From Gammaproteobacteria bacterium (GTDB lineage: Bacteria; Pseudomonadota; Gammaproteobacteria; JAJDYQ01), in the NCBI GenBank assembly GCA_022825085.1, contig JAJDYQ010000055.1, positions 1 to 42,387 of the forward strand: 42,387 nt of DNA. The letters run 5' to 3'. The notes beneath the pieces were generated by a model. That model was not told where the DNA came from. It did no database searches and saw nothing but the letters and a program-made list of their open reading frames with translations. Position 1 is the stretch's first letter. Every line of letters starts with the position of its first letter. A program made the translations under genes and the position numbers. Below, one piece after another: positions 32,766 through 39,584 of the stretch.

Positions 32766-34117
32766 AGCATCGCCTCTATCAGTTTTTCATGCACATTCCC
32801 GAAACTACCATTACTCATTATCAAAATATGGTCTCCCTCGACTGCCTCGGTTCTAATCGCATGAACCATACTGTCAATATTATTATGGCTTGTTGCAGAC
32901 TCCCCAATTTGTATGGCAACTTCTTCAGTGCTCCATCCAGCTTCAGGCGGCTGGTAGAGATATACCTTGTCAGCCATGTCCAGCGATGATACCAGATGCT
33001 CCCGGTGAACTCCCATGCGCATGGTATTTGAGCGCGGTTCAAGCACCGCCAGAATACGCCGCTTACCAATCTGATGCCGCAGTCCTTGCAAGGTTAATCG
33101 AATGGCCGTCGGATGGTGAGCAAAATCATCATAAACACGGATACCATTCACTTCACCACGCAATTCCATTCGGCGTTTCACGCCCTTAAATAACCTGACG
33201 GCCTGCAATGACACATCGGTGGGTACCCCGGCATGCCTTGCAGCCGCGATAGCCGCAATAGCATTTAATTGATTATGTATCCCCGGCAAAGTGAGTTTGG
33301 TATCACCAATCCGCTCGCCATTCAATATAATGTCAAACACGCCGTCATTATCCTTATGGGTCTGCACCCCCCACTCTGTACCAGACATTGATGAGAATCT
33401 CTCGGTCGGCGTCCAGCATCCCATATCTATAACTTCACTCAGTGTTGCAGCATCCTCATTGTAGATAATCATACCACTGCCGGGTACAGTTCTAACCAAA
33501 TGATGAAATTGCCGCTGAATATCCCGAATATCATCAAATATATCTGCATGGTCAAACTCAAGGTTATTCATAACAAGGGTCTGAGGGTGATAATGCACAA
33601 ACTTTGATCGCTTATCGAAAAAAGCCGTGTCATATTCATCAGCTTCTATCACAAAAAAAGGAGCTTCCCCCACTCGTGCGGAGATATCAAAATTTTTCGG
33701 CACTCCGCCAATCAAAAAGCCCGGACTAAGTCGCGCATATTCCAGTATCCAGGCAAGCAGGCTGCCGGTGGTCGTTTTTCCATGAGTACCAGCCACTGCC
33801 AGCACCCATCGATCTTGTAAAAAATGCTCGGCAAGCCATTGGGGACCAGATATATAACGCAGGCCTTTTTCAAGCATATATTCGACGGCCGAGTTACCAC
33901 GCGACAAGGCATTGCCAACCACAACCATATCAGGATGATGCCTGAGATGATCGGCCGAGTAGCCTTCCATCAGGTCGATTCCCTGCATTTCCAGCTGGGT
34001 GCTCATCGGCGGATAAACATTTATATCTGAGCCGCTGACTGTATGACCTGCCTGCCGGGCCAATAATGCAATACCCCCCATGAAGGTACCACAAATTCCC
34101 AATATATGAATATGCAT
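32762..34117 (-). CDS. mpl: Murein peptide ligase
   Basis: HILGICGTFMGG, AGTHGKTTT, EADEYDTAFFDKRSKF and DDFAHHPTAI motifs. Confidence 0.97.
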   Translation of the reverse strand: MHIHILGICGTFMGGIALLARQAGHTVSGSDINVYPPMSTQLEMQGIDLMEGYSADHLRHHPDMVVVGNALSRGNSAVEYMLEKGLRYISGPQWLAEHFLQDRWVLAVAGTHGKTTTGSLLAWILEYARLSPGFLIGGVPKNFDISARVGEAPFFVIEADEYDTAFFDKRSKFVHYHPQTLVMNNLEFDHADIFDDIRDIQRQFHHLVRTVPGSGMIIYNEDAATLSEVIDMGCWTPTERFSSMSGTEWGVQTHKDNDGVFDIILNGERIGDTKLTLPGIHNQLNAIAAIAAARHAGVPTDVSLQAVRLFKGVKRRMELRGEVNGIRVYDDFAHHPTAIRLTLQGLRHQIGKRRILAVLEPRSNTMRMGVHREHLVSSLDMADKVYLYQPPEAGWSTEEVAIQIGESATSHNNIDSMVHAIRTEAVEGDHILIMSNGSFGNVHEKLIEAML

Positions 34118-34123
34118 GACTGG

Positions 34124-34636
34124 CTACACTACCAAGGGTGAAAGAACCACAATGAGCGTAAAGACATAACCAATGGAGGTCAGTACTCCCATTGCCAGAC
34201 TGATGGAAAGTGCATGACGAAAGATCCCACCAATAATGAAAATACTCCAAAACAATACCCCGATTAACAGCATGGAGATAATATTTTGCTGCTGCCCTTC
34301 TTCCGGCAAAAGCCAGATAAGCAGCATTGAAATAACGTTCAGAATAGCCCCGGTGCCAGATAAGGCTGTCAATGTCTGTAGCGCCCTTGAGACTTTCATT
34401 GATACCAGCAATATCAGATAGGCCAGCCCCAGACCGATACTGACATGAGCGATAGTAATCAGTATCGCCGCAGGAAGCGGGAACTCGGCGAGTAGTCCTG
34501 CTACTCCGGTAATAGCATTCAATACTACCAATAGCCCTAGCAGAAACCCGGAAGCAGGCAGAATTTGCGGCCCTTGTCTGAAAAGACATATTTGCAAAAA
34601 AGCCAGTAGCAAGGAATGGTCCTGCTTAAGTGTCAT
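34124..34636 (-). CDS. Hypothetical integral membrane protein
   Basis: About 5 hydrophobic segments and an ICLFRQGPQILPAS motif; 6 bp upstream of mpl. Confidence 0.75.
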   Translation of the reverse strand: MTLKQDHSLLLAFLQICLFRQGPQILPASGFLLGLLVVLNAITGVAGLLAEFPLPAAILITIAHVSIGLGLAYLILLVSMKVSRALQTLTALSGTGAILNVISMLLIWLLPEEGQQQNIISMLLIGVLFWSIFIIGGIFRHALSISLAMGVLTSIGYVFTLIVVLSPLVV

Positions 34637-34774
34637 GGCGATATATTATCCGAAGTTATTTCTGAGCATACATTTTTCTGCAAGTGCATTAAAACACATG
34701 CCGTGCAGCCATGATTTTTTTAATGTATCCTTGCTTCTCACACAGAGAAACAGAACCTTTCAAACATAATCAAG

Positions 34775-35140
34775 ATGGCAAAAAAAATACCTGACTTTAC
34801 CGATTTCGAACTGGAAACCGTGCAGAAAACAGCTAATGAACGATTCGGCAAGGAAATTGAAATCATGCTTGGCGATGCCGAGGTGCGGCTCAACCCCCAT
34901 TCGACCGATATGACCCTGTGCCCGGTCATGTTGTGGAAAGAAGATGGCTGCCAGTTCGTTATCATCAAACAGGGCCAACATTCCTATCGCCCCCAGTTTT
35001 TTTACAGAGTCATTGACGAATACGGCACAGGCGTTAATGACTATCCGGATATTGCCGACTGCATTGTTGCATTACTGCAAACTCAGGCTGACCACCACAG
35101 CCAGCGCATCGGTAACTTCCCACCCGAACAGTCAAAATAA
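34775..35140 (+). CDS. Hypothetical protein
   Basis: 121-aa ORF fills the gap and ends 29 bp before pfk; globular composition (IPDFT...QFFYR...YGTG...LLQTQADH). Confidence 0.75.
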   Translation: MAKKIPDFTDFELETVQKTANERFGKEIEIMLGDAEVRLNPHSTDMTLCPVMLWKEDGCQFVIIKQGQHSYRPQFFYRVIDEYGTGVNDYPDIADCIVALLQTQADHHSQRIGNFPPEQSK

Positions 35141-35169
35141 TTTTCAATCACTACCACGGAGTATTTGTA

Positions 35170-36441
35170 ATGGCTACCAGCAGCAAAAAGAATGCGTTTT
35201 ACGCACAGTCCGGCGGAGTCACCGCCGTAATTAATGCCTCTGCCTGCGGCGTCATTGAAACTGCCCGCAAAAACAGGGATAAAATCAGTAAGGTCTATGC
35301 GGGCCGTAACGGCATCATTGGCGCATTGACCGAAGATCTGATAGACACCGGCAAGGAGTCTGCGCGTACCATCGCATCACTTCGCCACACCCCTTCCGGC
35401 GGCTTCGGCTCCTGCCGCTTCAAGCTGAAAAGCCTGGAAGACAATAAACGTGAATATGAGCGACTGATCGATGTCTTTGAGGCGCACAACATCGGGTATT
35501 TTTTTTACAATGGTGGCGGCGACTCTGCCGACACATGCCTGAAAGTTTCCCGGCTATCCCGAAATATGGGCTATCCAATCCAGGCAATTCATATACCGAA
35601 AACAGTGGATAATGATCTGCCTGTTACTGATAACTGCCCCGGTTTCGGGTCGGTAGCCAAATACATCGCTATCTCTACTCTGGAAGCCAGTTACGATGTC
35701 GCCTCCATGTGCGCCACTTCGACAAAGATCTTCGTCTTCGAGGTTATGGGCCGTCATGCTGGCTGGATTGCCGCAGCCGGCGCTATGGCTGCCGATGAAA
35801 ATAATGACATTCCGATTATTGTTCTGTTTCCGGAAGTAAAGTTCAGTCAAAGAAAGTTCCTGAAGGCAGTTAAAGACAAAGTGAAAAAATACGGCTACTG
35901 CTCCGTGGTTGTTTCTGAAGGTGCCCGATGGCCGGATGGTCGTTTTCTGGCAGAGCAGGGTAGCCGTGATGCCTTCGGTCATGCCCAGTTGGGCGGTGCG
36001 GCGCCAGTAGTTGCCAATATGATTCATGACGCCCTGGGATACAAATTCCACTGGGCAGTAGCAGACTATCTACAACGAGCAGCACGCCATATTGCCTCCG
36101 AGACAGATGTAAATCAGGCCTATGCCATGGGCAAAGCTGCTGTCGAGTTTGCTTTGGCCGGCAAAAATTCCATCATGCCAACGATTAAGCGCACATCCAA
36201 CAAGCCTTACAAATGGACCGTTGGTTCGGCCCGATTGTCCCGCGTTGCCAATATTGAGAAGATGATGCCTGCCAGCTTCATCTCCAAAGATGGCTTTGGC
36301 ATCACACAACGCTGCCGCACCTACATGGAGCCTCTGATTCGTGGCGAGGATTACCCTCCCTATCATAAAAACGGTCTGCCCAAATATGTACGACTGAAAA
36401 ATATAGCCGTGCCCCGGAAACTAGAGGAGTTCAAATGGTAA
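35170..36441 (+). CDS. Phosphofructokinase, probably pyrophosphate-dependent
   Basis: QSGG, NGGGDS (Asp at the donor-specificity position), PKTVDND (Lys) and MGRHAGW motifs. Confidence 0.92.
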   Translation: MATSSKKNAFYAQSGGVTAVINASACGVIETARKNRDKISKVYAGRNGIIGALTEDLIDTGKESARTIASLRHTPSGGFGSCRFKLKSLEDNKREYERLIDVFEAHNIGYFFYNGGGDSADTCLKVSRLSRNMGYPIQAIHIPKTVDNDLPVTDNCPGFGSVAKYIAISTLEASYDVASMCATSTKIFVFEVMGRHAGWIAAAGAMAADENNDIPIIVLFPEVKFSQRKFLKAVKDKVKKYGYCSVVVSEGARWPDGRFLAEQGSRDAFGHAQLGGAAPVVANMIHDALGYKFHWAVADYLQRAARHIASETDVNQAYAMGKAAVEFALAGKNSIMPTIKRTSNKPYKWTVGSARLSRVANIEKMMPASFISKDGFGITQRCRTYMEPLIRGEDYPPYHKNGLPKYVRLKNIAVPRKLEEFKW

Positions 36442-36671
36442 ACCCGACATTGATAATCTGGAAAAATCGTCCCTGCATGAAGGAGGCCAATCTTTCAGCA
36501 GCCATGCCATAAAGGTTTTGATGGTGACAACATGAATAAAATCAGTGTGCTCTTCTTCCACAATGTGTACCACATAGCAACCTTTCGCGCTGATATACCT
36601 GTTTGCTCCATACCGCGAACTGGAAATCTATCAGCAGGTTTTGACAGAAAAACGCTTAAGAGGAAACTACT

Positions 36672-36878
36672 ATGACACTTAGCAAGGCATCTGAATTACT
36701 GCAAACTCACATTACCATGGGCAGCGGGTATAACCGTCAGGCCGCACGTCTGGTACTAGCCGAAGTGATGAATGAACACGGTCAAGGAGCAGTTGATCAG
36801 CTGATTCGGGAATTGGATCTGGAGGAAAAATTCGATTTCAGGCCTGGAATGAAATTCATAGCACCCGGTCGAAAATAG
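36672..36878 (+). CDS. Small hypothetical protein
   Basis: AGAGGA RBS; 68-aa helical-looking ORF (GSGYNRQAARLVLAEV...HGQ.AVDQLIREL). Confidence 0.7.
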   Translation: MTLSKASELLQTHITMGSGYNRQAARLVLAEVMNEHGQGAVDQLIRELDLEEKFDFRPGMKFIAPGRK

Positions 36879-37110
36879 ATACTGATTATCCCGCACACGA
36901 TGAAAAGTCAGGCAGAACCAGCGGGCAGCAGGGTGTAGCCCACCGCATGAGAGCATTGAAAACTCCTGCAACAACTTGTTTTATTAATGCCAATCACGTT
37001 TCACCTGACCCCAAAGATTCTTCGACCAGGATGTAGTGCTTATATAAGCGACATGAGTATTTATAAAACAGCATAATCTGTGCTTTAGTATAGTTGACTG
37101 CAAATACTTG

Positions 37111-37697
37111 TCATTTTATGAACCTGCTATATTCCATATACCTTGCTGTAGCTTCTGCCGTCGATTGACCATAAAACCTTTCAACAATATAGAAGCTCAT
37201 ATCGATACCTGCACTGATACCCGCAGATGTGATGATCTTGCCATTATCGATGAAGCGAATATTATCAACCACCTGGATATTTTCGGCCATGTCGCGGAGC
37301 GTCTCGAGTACTTGATGGTGAGTAGTTGCCTTCAGGCCACTCAGCAAGCCTGCTTGCGCAAGAAGCAAAGCGCCTGAACAAACTGATGCAACAACCTCAG
37401 CATTTGAAGATATTTTTTTATCCAGTTTATTACTTCCTTGTGCTTCAGCAATGGACGTGTCCCGTCTCCACCTGGAATTATTACGATATCTGCTTTTGAA
37501 ATTTCATTTATTGAGCAATCTGGATTGACAAACAGACCATTTTTAGCTCTTACAGGCGTTGAGTTGACTGAAATGATTTTTATATCGAATAGATCATGGT
37601 TATTTAATTCATTAGCTACAGAGAAGACTTCAAATGGACCCGCAAAATCCATTACCTCAACATCATCAAATATGAATAATGCCAAGACTTTCTTCAT
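37111..37697 (-). pseudogene. DJ-1/PfpI family gene split by a 1-nt frameshift
   Basis: The N-half (EVMDFAGPFEVF, IIPGGDG) and C-half (SVCSGA, ATTH, ITSAGISAGID) are in different frames and join at an A7 tract (37413-37419). Confidence 0.85.
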
Positions 37698-37721
37698 GCG
37701 GCTTTCTCTCACCCAAACTGA

Positions 37722-38618
37722 CTACTCAACCATATAGCGTATAAGTTCCGTATCCTCAGCAGAAACAACACTGTGCCCAAGGCCAATACAGCCGGTACCA
37801 AGCAGGGGAAGCTCTTCGCGCTTCAGGTAGACTTCTGGATCATCTCCAGCCTGCACATAGGTGCCATTCGTGCTTTGGTCGATAATAACGAATTTCCCTC
37901 GGCGTAACTCAATACGCACATGCATTCTTGAAGCAAATTTGTCATCAACAACAAAATCAGCTTCATTTCCACGGCCAATAACAAGTACTCCGCTATTGCC
38001 ATCAAGTTCAATCTGCCGGTCGCGCCAACGTAATTTTATCCTGCCAGCCTGTTTTCCGGCGAACATACCCGGATCAAGAACAGCTATACTTGTCACATCT
38101 TCCTGCTGCCAAACAACTTCGTAAACAATAATTGGTTCTTTTTTGCCTTTTACAGGCGCCCTGTCAAACTCACGCACATGGGACCGGAGCTCATCATTCA
38201 AACGTACCACAGTATTTTCACTGATGATAATCTGACCGGCTTTTGCTATACCTGCCATACGAGCAGCAATATTTACAGCATCTCCAAATATATCACCGCC
38301 ATCTTCCAGAATGGCAGGACCAAAGTGCCCTCCAATACGAATAGATAACGGTCGCCCAAAGGTAAAGTCACTAGATACGACTTCCTGTATCTCATATGCT
38401 GCTTTAACGGACGAATCAGCATTGACAAATACGCACATAATCTCATCGCCAATCTCTTTGATAACACGTCCTTTCATTTTGTGAGTCAGCCCTGTCATTG
38501 TCTTAATGGTGTGAGCTATCATTTTACGGGCTTTATCGTCTCCCACTTCTTCATATAACCGGGTACTACCGGCAACATCAGCAAACATGATCGCGCATTT
38601 GATGTTTCGTTGAGCCAT
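37722..38618 (-). CDS. Class III adenylate cyclase with C-terminal FHA domain
   Basis: Cyclase motifs FADVAGST, IKEIGDE and DIFGDAVNIAAR; FHA motifs IGR, ASRMH and STNGT. Confidence 0.92.
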   Translation of the reverse strand: MAQRNIKCAIMFADVAGSTRLYEEVGDDKARKMIAHTIKTMTGLTHKMKGRVIKEIGDEIMCVFVNADSSVKAAYEIQEVVSSDFTFGRPLSIRIGGHFGPAILEDGGDIFGDAVNIAARMAGIAKAGQIIISENTVVRLNDELRSHVREFDRAPVKGKKEPIIVYEVVWQQEDVTSIAVLDPGMFAGKQAGRIKLRWRDRQIELDGNSGVLVIGRGNEADFVVDDKFASRMHVRIELRRGKFVIIDQSTNGTYVQAGDDPEVYLKREELPLLGTGCIGLGHSVVSAEDTELIRYMVE

Positions 38619-38846
38619 GTTCTAAAGTATCTTGGATTTCAATAATACAGAGAGTATTCATAAAGCCTGCCCAGTATTCTAACGTCGAACAGCAGGCAAT
38701 CACAAGGGGCACATACTGGTCTGGCAGTCTATCGTGCTTGTAGATGCCTTCGAACCACTGATAAAACGCAGGTTATTCCAGAAAAACCATCATTCCTTAT
38801 CCGGCAGCACCCCGCCATGATGTCGCTGTTTCTTATGTGGGAAGAG

Positions 38847-39584
38847 CTAATCAAGGTGGCTGGCAAGAGACTGAAATCTTGATAGAGATGCCAGATGTGC
38901 ATAAATAAAGGCCATCTCATCGGATTTAATCAACTCCGCCAGCTCTAATGGCTTTTTACTTTTTAGCTTGTCATTGCTGACAGTCCAAAATCCGGAAAGA
39001 GAAAAGTCTTTATGAGACCTGGACGCAATATTAGCCTGCATAGGTTCCAGAATATCCAGCTTTTTGAGTTTTTTACAAAACCTATCCGTCACCTGCCCCT
39101 GAGATTGAAAATCTTTGAGAAAATTAATGGCACGCTCCAGATAGGCAGAGTATTCGCCATCCGCATTAAAAAGGCTTTCCCCCGAATCCTTATTAAATCC
39201 GATATAGCTCTCATCAATGCAGACCGTGTAAGTCATATTCTGATCATCAGTGGCCGACGTATCCCCAGAAAGTATGAAGGGGTATCGCCTAATATATGCT
39301 GGTATGTACCTTGCCTTCCATGAGTTATCTTCACGCAAAAACAGGTTCTGGTTCGACTTCAATCCCAGTACCGCTATCGGCTTAAATTCTCCAGATTTCT
39401 CGACAAATACAACGGGATACTCACAGGCGACCAATGAAAGCTCTATAGCCGTCACAAGAACAGCATTTGATCCTGCTGTGAACGAATAATCATCAGCCGC
39501 CTTGAGCTTCCAGTCCGCATGTCCTTTATTACTCAGGGCAACGACCTTTTTATAATACTGGGGGTTATTGTTTTCCGATGTCAC
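38847..39584 (-). CDS. SapC family protein
   Basis: EYPVVF, AVLGL...NLF, YIPAYIRRYPF and YAHLASL motifs. The GTG start overlaps the upstream stop (GTGA). Confidence 0.88.
   Translation of the reverse strand: MTSENNNPQYYKKVVALSNKGHADWKLKAADDYSFTAGSNAVLVTAIELSLVACEYPVVFVEKSGEFKPIAVLGLKSNQNLFLREDNSWKARYIPAYIRRYPFILSGDTSATDDQNMTYTVCIDESYIGFNKDSGESLFNADGEYSAYLERAINFLKDFQSQGQVTDRFCKKLKKLDILEPMQANIASRSHKDFSLSGFWTVSNDKLKSKKPLELAELIKSDEMAFIYAHLASLSRFQSLASHLD

Noticed and set aside
34629-34656. dif-like half site TTATCCGAAGT
   Set aside because: The XerD arm is absent, and its position falls on the start of a coding gene.
36880-37110. REP-like fragments (GTAGCCCACC, CACCTGACCCC) and the short palindrome GCTTATATAAGC
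   Set aside because: They are single, short and unpaired, with no transposase nearby, so I cannot distinguish them from chance.
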